Assembly (NCBI GenBank): GCA_028868375.1
Contig: JAGWUP010000002.1
Span: 25,841 to 89,840 of the forward strand
Origin: Elusimicrobiota bacterium
Lineage (GTDB): Bacteria > Elusimicrobiota > Elusimicrobia > UBA1565 > UBA9628
DNA: 64,000 nucleotides
Direction of reading: 5' to 3'
Below the pieces are notes generated by a model. It searched no databases. It saw only the letters and a program-made list of their open reading frames with translations, and was not told where the DNA came from. Positions within the stretch are counted from its first letter, which is position 1, and every line of letters begins with the position of its first letter. Made by a program: the position numbers and the translations under genes. This document shows, in pieces, positions 9,671-17,688 of this stretch.

Positions 9671-11812
9671 CTAGCGGCTGAAAAGCAGTACGCAGGTGTT
9701 GGCGTAGTCCGCGAAGCCGCAGGTGTAGCCCAACGGACTTCTGCCGCGACGCGCGAGCTCACGGTTGATCGGCGCGATGAACCGCTGTGGCACCGTATTG
9801 CGCATGTTGAAGCCGTAATAGAGGGCGAAGACCGCGAAGGGCACCCGCTGAAAAAACAGCTGTTGCAAGGTCGATCCCGTCGCTCTGGTCAATTGGGAGG
9901 TGACGACGGCGTAGACCCTCTCCACATTCCATCCTTGCCCCAACCGGGCCGCGGCTATGACGTTTCCTTTGCGCAGGGCTTCGCCGACCATGTCGATGAG
10001 CGCCTCGACCTTGTCGCCGAAGCGCCGGGCGCCGAGCGAGCCTTGGACGAGCCGGTTCAGCGGCGAGCCGGTCTCGACGGCCATCCGCTCGAGGGTGCGG
10101 TAATTGGCCCCGCTCTCGAGACGGGAAAGATAGATCGCGGCTTCCGTTTCCGACAGGCCTGAGTGCATCAGGACGACCCGCATCTGGACCGTATGGAAGA
10201 GATGCATGAACTCGTGCAGCGTCTCGGGGTCGGCGCGGTTCAGGTTGACGCCGACGATACGGAGCGAGCGCAATCCTTTGGGGTAAACCCCCATCGACTG
10301 CCCGCCTCCGGTGGTGATCTCGATGCCGTTGGCGGAAGCGTATTGCTTGATCTCTCCAAACAGCTTCTTGAGCTGCAGGGGCGTGACCTTGCCGTTCTCG
10401 GAGTAGCGAAAGGAATTCTCGATCATGTTCTTCAGTCTGGACATCGTGGCGTCCATGGCCCTGCGCATCCGCAACGCCGACTGCAACGAAACCCGGGCCG
10501 ATGCGACCTCATCGAAGGTCAGCGAGCGCAGGACACCGCCGGCATAGTCGACCTTGATGACGAATTGACCGCTTTTGCCCGCGACTTCATACGGGACGAT
10601 GAATTTTCCGCCGCGCCCCGCCCGGACGGCTTGCCGGATGGCTTTCGAGGCGGCCCTCGTCATGTTTTCCGTACCCGAGGCCGACAGCCGCACGCCCCGC
10701 CGCTCCAGCTCGGCCATCAGCTCCTCGAGCACCGATCGGCCGGGAACCCCCAGCGTGACCTCGCCGGAAAGATCGAGGCCGAAGAGGCTCAGGGGCAATC
10801 GCATCGGGGTCTTGGAGGCGATGGCAAGCTGGATGGCGTCGTCGAGCAGCATCGGCATCGCGACGACGCGCCCCGAGCCGCCATAGGCCACGACTTGGAC
10901 CAGCCCGCGCACCGGGGTGCGCCGCACGGAGAGGTCCAGCGTGGCGCGGAGGGCTTCCTCTTCAGATAAGCCTGCCGCTTGCTTGGCCGCGGCGCGCTCG
11001 AGCAGCCCGGCGACGCGGCGCACGATCATTCTGCGCGCCGTTCTGATCAGCAGTCCGCCGCCCAGGGCGGCCAACTCGAAGAGGCCCGGCACGGAGCTGA
11101 CCAATAAAATTCCGTCGACCCCGTTCTGAACTCCCTGCCAGGCGTTCCGCTCGCTGGCGTAGTCGATTTGCATGGCCGCGTCGAAGCGGCGGATCTTGTA
11201 CAGCTCCTTCTTGAACTTGCAGGCGGCGAAGAGGCGCACGCTGTCTGGATATCTGCCGGGGGGGATCGGCCTGCCGCCCAGAGTCACTGTGCCCAGCGCC
11301 AAGCCGGCCAGCTTGGCCATCCAGAGTTTCTGGAACTCGCCGTAGCGGACGTAAACGTATTTTTGGGTCAGGACGTCCTTGACCGGGACGACGAGGCCGG
11401 TGTCTCCGGGGTCGCGCGGCAGAGTGTCGCCCTTGAAATAGACCACCCTGGGCCGCGGGCTGTTGTCGACTCCGCTCGGCGCAGGATGCGGGACGTTGCG
11501 CTCATAGTGCTGATCCCATTCCTGGAACTGGGAGGACTCGGCGACCCAAGCGATCTCCAGCGAGGAATCATTCCAGAACATGGGCCAGAGGGCGGGCGCC
11601 CGCCAATTCCCGTAGGTGCAATTTGGCGTCGGCATGGAGCGGATGACGCGCACGTAGCCGTTGCGGGCGGGGTCCTGGAGGATTTCTTCCGCGCTTTGGC
11701 CCGGGATTTGCGGATTGTAGACCCTTAGGACCCCGCCAGCGCCGGCCTGGACGATGGTGGGACACAACAGCGCCGCGCAGACGAACAGCGAGATCGGTTT
11801 TTGCGCCCGCAT
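9671..11812 (-). CDS. hypothetical secreted 713-aa protein with HExxH motif
   Basis: Signal-peptide-like N-terminus. HEFMHLFH is encoded at 10193-10216. Consensus-like leaderless promoter upstream. No family recognised. Confidence 0.7.
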   Translation of the reverse strand: MRAQKPISLFVCAALLCPTIVQAGAGGVLRVYNPQIPGQSAEEILQDPARNGYVRVIRSMPTPNCTYGNWRAPALWPMFWNDSSLEIAWVAESSQFQEWDQHYERNVPHPAPSGVDNSPRPRVVYFKGDTLPRDPGDTGLVVPVKDVLTQKYVYVRYGEFQKLWMAKLAGLALGTVTLGGRPIPPGRYPDSVRLFAACKFKKELYKIRRFDAAMQIDYASERNAWQGVQNGVDGILLVSSVPGLFELAALGGGLLIRTARRMIVRRVAGLLERAAAKQAAGLSEEEALRATLDLSVRRTPVRGLVQVVAYGGSGRVVAMPMLLDDAIQLAIASKTPMRLPLSLFGLDLSGEVTLGVPGRSVLEELMAELERRGVRLSASGTENMTRAASKAIRQAVRAGRGGKFIVPYEVAGKSGQFVIKVDYAGGVLRSLTFDEVASARVSLQSALRMRRAMDATMSRLKNMIENSFRYSENGKVTPLQLKKLFGEIKQYASANGIEITTGGGQSMGVYPKGLRSLRIVGVNLNRADPETLHEFMHLFHTVQMRVVLMHSGLSETEAAIYLSRLESGANYRTLERMAVETGSPLNRLVQGSLGARRFGDKVEALIDMVGEALRKGNVIAAARLGQGWNVERVYAVVTSQLTRATGSTLQQLFFQRVPFAVFALYYGFNMRNTVPQRFIAPINRELARRGRSPLGYTCGFADYANTCVLLFSR

Positions 11813-11818
11813 AGACCA

Positions 11819-11847
11819 AGGATAGGCGGAAGATATTCGGCCGTCAA
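11819..11847 (-). promoter_or_regulatory. promoter TTGACG-N17-TATCCT, 6 nt before the ATG of the 713-aa gene
   Basis: Read on the minus strand: TTGACG (11847-11842), TATCCT (11824-11819), ATG at 11812. Confidence 0.55.
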
Positions 11848-11956
11848 GAGGTCGCTATACTCCAAGTTCCCGGACTTTTGAAACGCTAGAATAGCGATCG
11901 CTTGGGACGCCTGGCCTCGGTTTGCCGAGGATGACGTCGAAGGTCGATGCGAAGTC

Positions 11957-11985
11957 TTGACAAAAACGTGAAGGATGCCGATACT
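11957..11985 (+). promoter_or_regulatory. promoter TTGACA-N17-GATACT for the 259-aa gene
   Basis: TTGACA at 11957-11962 and GATACT at 11980-11985. Confidence 0.4.
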
Positions 11986-12017
11986 TAGGCAACTGGGCTT
12001 TCCTCCAAGGAGACATT

Positions 12018-12797
12018 ATGAAGAAAGCGATGCCTCTTCTAGCTGCCGCAATCTTACTCTTCACCTTATCCTCCAGTTGGGCGTCGGTGACGTATAGCGT
12101 GTATAAATCCGGCAGAGACGAGTATACACCGGGGTTACGCGTGTTCGTCGGCCCCGACGGGACTCAATTTTGGGGCGAGATATCAAGCAAGGTTCTCTTA
12201 CAGCAGTTTAACAGCGACTCAAACAGAATCGTAGCTTCACGCAATAGAACCACAGTGACAGTCTTTTGCAACGGCAGCTCGCGTGTGCTGCGAAGGCAAA
12301 CCGGCCCAGGCGTCCCCGATGGAGATGTCATAGCTCAGTGGATCCGAATCGATAATGACAGCGGTATAAACGCCATGAAGCTGATTTTCCAGGGCAATTC
12401 TCCCGAGGGGTGGGGAGTGTGGGTATTCGCCGATCCGGATCGCGACACTAGAACAGTGGCTGCCGGTAGCTACACATACTACTACAACCGAGCATTCAGG
12501 GTCGTCTTTCAGCCGGTCGAGGCCCACCCACCGTATTTGAACGCGGTTAAAACCGCTCAAGAATATCCGGTTCTGCTCGCGAAAAAAACCCCTGCCGGGG
12601 ATCTCTTCCTGGTGATACGCAGACCGGAGAAATCCACCGCAGAACTGCTTACAATAAAGGCTGATGGCAATAGTGCGGTTTGGCGCACGGTTAACGGCGA
12701 TAGTTCCCAAACCTACGGGAAGTCTGTTATATCAGACTTAAGTTTCCCGACTCCCAACGTACTATACAATCCGTGCGACACATGGTCCTCCCGGTAG
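12018..12797 (+). CDS. hypothetical secreted protein (259 aa) in a lower-GC segment
   Basis: AAGGAGA Shine-Dalgarno site 6 nt before the ATG. Signal-peptide-like MKKAMPLLAAAILLFTLSSSWA. Many A/T-ending codons, unlike its neighbours. Confidence 0.65.
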   Translation: MKKAMPLLAAAILLFTLSSSWASVTYSVYKSGRDEYTPGLRVFVGPDGTQFWGEISSKVLLQQFNSDSNRIVASRNRTTVTVFCNGSSRVLRRQTGPGVPDGDVIAQWIRIDNDSGINAMKLIFQGNSPEGWGVWVFADPDRDTRTVAAGSYTYYYNRAFRVVFQPVEAHPPYLNAVKTAQEYPVLLAKKTPAGDLFLVIRRPEKSTAELLTIKADGNSAVWRTVNGDSSQTYGKSVISDLSFPTPNVLYNPCDTWSSR

Positions 12798-13047
12798 CCT
12801 CAAGAGTTTTTCTACAGTCCTGACAGTCTGCTCGTCGGTGGCGCCCCGGTACGCGACTCCCGATGTCCATCGAGGATGGGCGGTTCAAGACCGGCCGATC
12901 CTTCCGGAGTTCCTCGCCTATAGAGCTACGGCTCTGCTCGCTCCTAGAGTTCGACTAGGGCCTTGAGCCGCCGAGGAGTGCAAGGGTTTTTATCACCCCG
13001 CTAGGCGACCGCGTACCGGCCGGCATTATTCGCGATACCAGCAGCGT

Positions 13048-13455
13048 TTAGGGCTTGCTTAAGGTTCCAGGTTCGAATTTCAGGGACGCCGAGTTGATGC
13101 AGTAGCGCAGGCCGGTCGGCCGCGGGCCGTCGTCGAAGACGTGGCCCAGGTGGCAGCCGCAGCGCCGGCAGTGGACCTCGACGCGGCGCATCCCGTGGGA
13201 ATCGTCCGTCTCGCGCTCGATCGGGGCGTCCTTGAGCGGGGCAAAGAAGCTGGGCCAGCCGCAGCCGGAGTCGAACTTCGCCGCCGATTCGAACAGCGGC
13301 GCGCCGCAGCCGACGCAGTCGTAGCGGCCGGCCTGCGCGTTGTCCCAGTAGGCTCCGGAGAAGGGAGCCTCGGTGCCTTTCCGGCGGGCGACGCGGTACT
13401 GCTCCGGCGTCAGCAGCCGGCGCCACTCCTGCTCGCTGCGCTCGATCTCGGCCAT
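13048..13455 (-). CDS. msrB: peptide-methionine (R)-S-oxide reductase
   Basis: Two CxxC pairs ([21 protein letters not shown]) and RYCINS catalytic motif. Confidence 0.95.
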   Translation of the reverse strand: MAEIERSEQEWRRLLTPEQYRVARRKGTEAPFSGAYWDNAQAGRYDCVGCGAPLFESAAKFDSGCGWPSFFAPLKDAPIERETDDSHGMRRVEVHCRRCGCHLGHVFDDGPRPTGLRYCINSASLKFEPGTLSKP

Positions 13456-14334
13456 TTAAGAATCTCGGCGAAGGCCTTGACGCGCCTCGGCCAGGGCGAC
13501 CGTGTTGGCCAGCAGCATCGCGTTGGTGACTGGGCCGACGCCCCCGGGCACCGGGGTAAGCCAGCCGGCGCGCTCAGCACAGGCGGGATCGACGTCGCCG
13601 ACCAGCCGGCCGTCGACCGCGTTGACGCCGGCGTCGATGACGACGGCGCCGGGCTTGATCCAGCCGGGCTTGACGAGTCCCGGGCGGCCCACGGCCGCCA
13701 CGACGATGTCCGCGGCGGCGGCGATTCGATCGAGCGCCGGAGTCTTGGAGTGGCAGAGGGTGACCGTCGCATCCAGGCAGGACAGGAGGTGGGCCGCCGG
13801 CCGGCCGACGATGCCGGAGCGCCCCAGGACTACCGCCGTCTTGCCGGAGAGCGGGGTCCCGGAGGAGATGGCCAGTTCGGCGATCGCCAGGGCGGTGCAG
13901 GGGGCCGTCAGCCGTCGCTTGGCGATGTCGTTAAAGGACTTGCTCTGGAAGAGTCGTCCATAGTTGGCGGGGGTGACGCCCTCGGCGTCGCGGCCGGCGG
14001 GCAGGCGCCGCAGAAGTTCCTCCGCGTCGACGCCGCCAGGCAGGGGGAGATCGAGGATCACGCCGTCGCAGTCCGCGGCGCCCTCGACGACGGCCAGCAC
14101 TGCACTGGCGTCGGCCCAGCGGCTCTCTTCCAGGCGCGCATGGATGCCGGCGGCGGTACAGGCGGCCAGTTGGGCGCGCCGATAAGCCTTGGCGGGGCGC
14201 TCTCCCAAATCGGAGGCGATGATCAGCAGGCCCGGGGCTCGGCCGCGAGTCTTCTTTAGGGCCTCGATGCGCGGCTTGAGGCCCGCGACGATCTGCGCGG
14301 CCAGGGCCCTGCCGTCCAAAAGCCGCGCGCTCAT
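13456..14334 (-). CDS. folD: bifunctional methylenetetrahydrofolate dehydrogenase/cyclohydrolase
   Basis: LLDGRALA, VVLGRSGIVGRP, TLCHSKT and TPVPGGVGPVT motifs. Confidence 0.95.
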   Translation of the reverse strand: MSARLLDGRALAAQIVAGLKPRIEALKKTRGRAPGLLIIASDLGERPAKAYRRAQLAACTAAGIHARLEESRWADASAVLAVVEGAADCDGVILDLPLPGGVDAEELLRRLPAGRDAEGVTPANYGRLFQSKSFNDIAKRRLTAPCTALAIAELAISSGTPLSGKTAVVLGRSGIVGRPAAHLLSCLDATVTLCHSKTPALDRIAAAADIVVAAVGRPGLVKPGWIKPGAVVIDAGVNAVDGRLVGDVDPACAERAGWLTPVPGGVGPVTNAMLLANTVALAEARQGLRRDS

Positions 14335-15248
14335 GGACGGCGCTCCAGCCGTTCCAGGAGACGGTTCAGCCTGGGCAGCAGGGAGAGCCGCAGGCCGCGC
14401 CGCTTGGCGGCGGAGAGGATGGGACCTAGGATGGCCGAATTCTCGGTGCGCCGCCCCGCGCTTAAATCCTGAAGCATGGAGTTACGCTGGCGCGAGCCGC
14501 GCGGGAAGGTCCTGCCCAAAGCGGAGGAGAGATCCTTGACGAGCAGTCGGTGGCCGTCGGCGCGCGCGGCGGCGGCGGCCTCCCGAGCGGCGGTTGCGAG
14601 CAGATTCCGCAGGCAGGGATCGCTGGAAAGCTGGCCGTTGGCGGCGTTGCTGAGCGCGCCCAAGGGGTTGCCGGCGGCGTTGAGGCAAAGCTTGGTCCAG
14701 AGCATGGCGTCCTCGTCCTCCAACAGGGATACCCTCCAGCCGCCGGCCCGCAGCCAGGCCGCGGCGCGGCGCGCGGCGCGGGCGTTGTCCGCGTCGGCGG
14801 CCAACTGGATGCTCCGGCCGCCGGCATGGAAGACGGAGAGGGGGGCGGTCCGGTCGGCCGCGACGTAGCAGACGCCGAGGACCACGCGCCGGCGTCCGTA
14901 GGCGCGGCGAAAGAGACGCTCGTGCCCGAGCCCGTTCTGCAGCCCCACGACGATGGTCTCCGGGCCGATCCAGGGGCGGGCCGTTTCGATGGCGCGGGCG
15001 GTTTGATGGTTCTTGACGCAGAAGAAGGCGGCCCGCGCCGGCGGCCGCGGCCCCCGGCGGCGCGCCGACTCGATTTTCCACGCGCGCCTGTAGCCGCCGT
15101 TGGCGGTAAACGACAAGCCCCGGCGCGAAAGCCGCGCCTCCCGCTCGGCGTGACTGGCCAGCGCCATGACCTGGCAGCCGGCCTCAAGCCAGCGGCAGGC
15201 CAACACGCCGCCGATAGCGCCCGGCCCCACGATCAGCAAATCCGCCAT
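14331..15248 (-). CDS. panE: 2-dehydropantoate 2-reductase (ApbA/PanE family)
   Basis: N-terminal IVGPGAIGG Rossmann motif, ~300 aa, and a C-terminal ApbA-like helical region. Confidence 0.75.
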   Translation of the reverse strand: MADLLIVGPGAIGGVLACRWLEAGCQVMALASHAEREARLSRRGLSFTANGGYRRAWKIESARRRGPRPPARAAFFCVKNHQTARAIETARPWIGPETIVVGLQNGLGHERLFRRAYGRRRVVLGVCYVAADRTAPLSVFHAGGRSIQLAADADNARAARRAAAWLRAGGWRVSLLEDEDAMLWTKLCLNAAGNPLGALSNAANGQLSSDPCLRNLLATAAREAAAAARADGHRLLVKDLSSALGRTFPRGSRQRNSMLQDLSAGRRTENSAILGPILSAAKRRGLRLSLLPRLNRLLERLERRP

Positions 15249-15264
15249 CGCGGCGGCAGTCTAC

Positions 15265-15297
15265 AAAAAAGAGGCCCCCGCCGTGGAGCGGGGGCCT
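15265..15297 (-). terminator. intrinsic terminator of the small repeat-protein gene
   Basis: 10-bp stem AGGCCCCCGC/GCGGGGGCCT with a 6-nt loop, followed on the minus strand by T6. Confidence 0.8.
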
Positions 15298-15319
15298 TGT
15301 GGATTGCGGATCGGCGCGC

Positions 15320-15541
15320 CTAGGCGTTGACCATCTTCGCCCGGGAGATGTCGCCCTTCTTGTCGAGGAAATACAGGAAGCCCTTCTCCTTCTTCAGGCC
15401 GGCCTTGTGGACCTTCTCCGGCTTGCCGCCCTTCTTGCCGCCGCGAGCCATCTTCGCTCGGGAGATATCGCCCTGCTTGTCGATATAATAAAGGAAACCA
15501 GCGGCCCGTCCGACGCCGCACTTCATCACCTTCTCAGCCAT
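15320..15541 (-). CDS. small Lys-rich protein with tandem GFLY[YF][IL]DK[QK]GDISRAKM repeat (73 aa)
   Basis: GGAGGA site 9 nt before the ATG. Intrinsic terminator immediately downstream. Internal duplication is visible at both protein and DNA level. Confidence 0.6.
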   Translation of the reverse strand: MAEKVMKCGVGRAAGFLYYIDKQGDISRAKMARGGKKGGKPEKVHKAGLKKEKGFLYFLDKKGDISRAKMVNA

Positions 15542-15674
15542 TGTTCTCGTATCCTCCGTTGAGTTCTTGGGACGGTCGATGCCTGTCCCTTCGTCAGGAC
15601 TATATGATATCACCGTCGACAATGCAAGGACCATCTCGTTGGAAGGCCGACGTAGGGCCGGCGCTCTCGCAACT

Positions 15675-15938
15675 CTAGCGGCCCGGTTTTTGAGGGAACA
15701 GCGGGAATTGCGGCTCCGGAGCCGGCATGATCAAGCGCTCCTTGAGCCAGGCGTCCACCAAGGTTTTCGAGAAGCGATATTGCCGGCCGATGCGGGAGGC
15801 CGGAACCTTCTTCTGGCGGATCAACCCGTAGATCTTCGAGCGGCCCATGCCGAGATACTGCGCCAGGGCCTTGATGTCCATGACCTCGGGGACTTCGCCG
15901 AGGAATGGTTTGCGCGCCGCCTTGCGTCTCTTTTTCAT
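15675..15938 (-). CDS. excisionase/MerR-type helix-turn-helix DNA-binding protein (87 aa)
   Basis: MDIKALAQYLGMGRSKIYGLIRQKKVPASRIGRQYRF matches the HTH_17 pattern. TTGACA-N17-TACTCT promoter upstream. Confidence 0.7.
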   Translation of the reverse strand: MKKRRKAARKPFLGEVPEVMDIKALAQYLGMGRSKIYGLIRQKKVPASRIGRQYRFSKTLVDAWLKERLIMPAPEPQFPLFPQKPGR

Positions 15939-15973
15939 CGTTCGCCAGGTCCGCTTTATCTTTGAATCGCTCT

Positions 15974-16002
15974 AGAGTACAAAAAGTGTCATCTATTGTC
16001 AA
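15974..16002 (-). promoter_or_regulatory. promoter TTGACA-N17-TACTCT for the HTH gene
   Basis: Read on the minus strand: TTGACA (16002-15997), TACTCT (15979-15974). Confidence 0.5.
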
Positions 16003-16081
16003 TGAAGGTGGCACGCGGCGGCCGCCGCGACCGGTGGAAACAGTAGACAGCTTCGGAGAGATTTGATAAACTGGCCGTTCC

Positions 16082-16432
16082 ATGGATATCTACGAGACCG
16101 TTTTGATTTTGAAGCCAGTCCTTTCCGATCCCGAGGTCGCCGAGTTCGTCGAGAAGACGAAGCAGGCCATCGCCGCGGACGGCGGCGAGCTCCTGGCCCA
16201 GGAGCTTTGGGGCCGGCGCAAGTTGACGCATATGATCGGCAAGAACCGCGAGGGCGTCTACGTGTTCTTCAAGTACAAGGCCGCCGCGGGCTTGCTCAAG
16301 AAGCTGTCCCACTCCTTCTCCATCTCCGGCAGCATCATGCGCGAGATGACGGTCCTGGCCCAGGACCGCAAGCTTCGCGAGAAGAAGAAAAAGCCGAAGC
16401 TCAAGGCCGCCGCCGCCGGCGCGCAGGTTTAG
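16082..16432 (+). CDS. rpsF: 30S ribosomal protein S6
   Basis: MDIYETVLILKP..WGRRKLTHMI..EGVYVFF motifs. Conserved rpsF-ssb-rpsR order. Confidence 0.95.
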   Translation: MDIYETVLILKPVLSDPEVAEFVEKTKQAIAADGGELLAQELWGRRKLTHMIGKNREGVYVFFKYKAAAGLLKKLSHSFSISGSIMREMTVLAQDRKLREKKKKPKLKAAAAGAQV

Positions 16433-16434
16433 CC

Positions 16435-16875
16435 ATGGCCGCCGGCGTCCGCCTGCCCGAGATCAATTTCGTGCTCCTGGCCGGCCGCGTGACCCGCGAC
16501 GCCGAGCTGTTCGTCACCCAGAGCGGCTTGGCCAAGCTGACGGTCCGCATCGCAGTCAATCGCCGGGTCAAGGACGCCAAGACCGGGGAATGGAAGGACG
16601 ATACCTTCTATATCGACTGCGTGGCCTGGAAGGAGATGGCCGAACGCGCCAAGGAGAAGGCCAAGAAGGGCGTGGCGGTCGTCGTCGAGGGGCGCTTGAC
16701 CGGCCGCGATTACGAGAAGGACGGCCAAAAGCGCACCGTCTTCGAGGTGATGGCCAACCGATTGCAGTTCTTGAGCAGCACCGAGTCGTCGTCTGAATCA
16801 GCCTCGCCGCGCGCCCGCGACGAGTCCAAGGGGCAGACGTCCGGCTCCGCTGAAATCGAGGAGGTTCCGTTCTAA
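16435..16875 (+). CDS. ssb: single-stranded DNA-binding protein
   Basis: INFVLLAGRVTRDAEL OB fold, acidic tail ending EIEEVPF. Internal ATG at 16435 is used; the longer ORF overlaps rpsF. Confidence 0.9.
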   Translation: MAAGVRLPEINFVLLAGRVTRDAELFVTQSGLAKLTVRIAVNRRVKDAKTGEWKDDTFYIDCVAWKEMAERAKEKAKKGVAVVVEGRLTGRDYEKDGQKRTVFEVMANRLQFLSSTESSSESASPRARDESKGQTSGSAEIEEVPF

Positions 16876-17205
16876 ATGTCCGCCGAAGAAACCGCCGCCC
16901 CGCAAGCCGCCCAAGCGTCCGCCGCGCCCGCCGCCTCCGCCGCGACCCATCGAGCGACGAGCAAGCGCCCGGATATGGGCCGCCGTCGCCCGTATCCGCT
17001 GCGCAGGAAGATCTGCCGTTTCTGCGCCGAGAAGGTTCGCGATATCGACTACAAGCAGATACAGATCCTGCGCACCTTCATCACCGATTCCGGCAAGATC
17101 CTATCCAGCCGCATCACCGGCAGTTGCGCCAAGCACCAGCGCCAGTTGGCGAAGGGCATCAAGAGGGCCCGCAACCTCGCGCTGCTGCCGTACGTGGTCA
17201 AGTAG
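16876..17205 (+). CDS. rpsR: 30S ribosomal protein S18 (with ~40-aa Ala-rich N-terminal extension)
   Basis: [50 protein letters not shown]. Confidence 0.9.
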   Translation: MSAEETAAPQAAQASAAPAASAATHRATSKRPDMGRRRPYPLRRKICRFCAEKVRDIDYKQIQILRTFITDSGKILSSRITGSCAKHQRQLAKGIKRARNLALLPYVVK

Positions 17206-17215
17206 CGAGGCTTTC

Positions 17216-17662
17216 ATGAAAGTCATCCTTAAGACCGATGTCGAAGCCCTCGGCCGCGCCGGGGACGTCAAGGACGTCGCCGACGGGTTCGGACGCAATT
17301 TCCTCTTGCCGCGCAAGCTGGCCCTGCCGGCCACGCTGGCGGCGCTGAAGGTTTGGGAGCGCGGCAAGCAGAAGCGCGCCAAGGAGCTGGCCGGCAAGCA
17401 GGAGCGGCTCAAGGAGCTGGCCGGCAAGATCAACGGCGTCAGCCTGTCCTTCTCCCGCCAAGCGGGAGCGGAGGGCAAGCTGTTCGGCTCGGTGGGGAAG
17501 TCGGACATCCTTAAGAGCCTCAAGAGCTGCGGCTACGCCGTGGCCAAGGACGCCCTGGTCCTCGAGCAGTCGATCAAGCAGGTCGGCGATCACGAGGTCG
17601 AGGTGCGCCTGCTGCCCGAGGTCGGCGCCAAGATCAAGGTCACCGTCGTCGCTCGGGAATAA
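17216..17662 (+). CDS. rplI: 50S ribosomal protein L9
   Basis: MKVILKTDVEALGRAGDVKDVADGFGRNFLLPRKLA. Confidence 0.95.
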   Translation: MKVILKTDVEALGRAGDVKDVADGFGRNFLLPRKLALPATLAALKVWERGKQKRAKELAGKQERLKELAGKINGVSLSFSRQAGAEGKLFGSVGKSDILKSLKSCGYAVAKDALVLEQSIKQVGDHEVEVRLLPEVGAKIKVTVVARE

Positions 17663-17688
17663 TCCCTCGGGCGGGGGAGCTCGCCGAT

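Noticed and set aside
12846-13019. 10-bp inverted repeat CCGGTACGCG / CGCGTACCGG flanking about 150 nt between the 259-aa gene and msrB.
   Set aside because: A 10-bp GC-rich inverted repeat at this spacing is expected by chance several times in 64 kb. No supporting structure or terminator features are present.
13070-13078. GGTTCGAAT T-loop-like sequence next to the low-GC segment, considered as a possible tRNA fragment or att site.
   Set aside because: It lies inside the msrB coding region (..KFEPGT..). No acceptor or T-stem pairing is present around it.
16063-16434. N-terminal extension of the ssb ORF (270-aa version) overlapping rpsF. Similar long versions exist for the sufS (866), Rrf2 (2947), radA (22979), cysS (26081), rlmB (27981), TPK (29527), coaE (57351) and rhomboid (57088) ORFs.
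   Set aside because: The extensions are Arg/Gly/Pro-rich and overlap well-supported upstream genes in another frame. Conserved N-termini begin at internal ATG/GTG/TTG codons that overlap the upstream stops.
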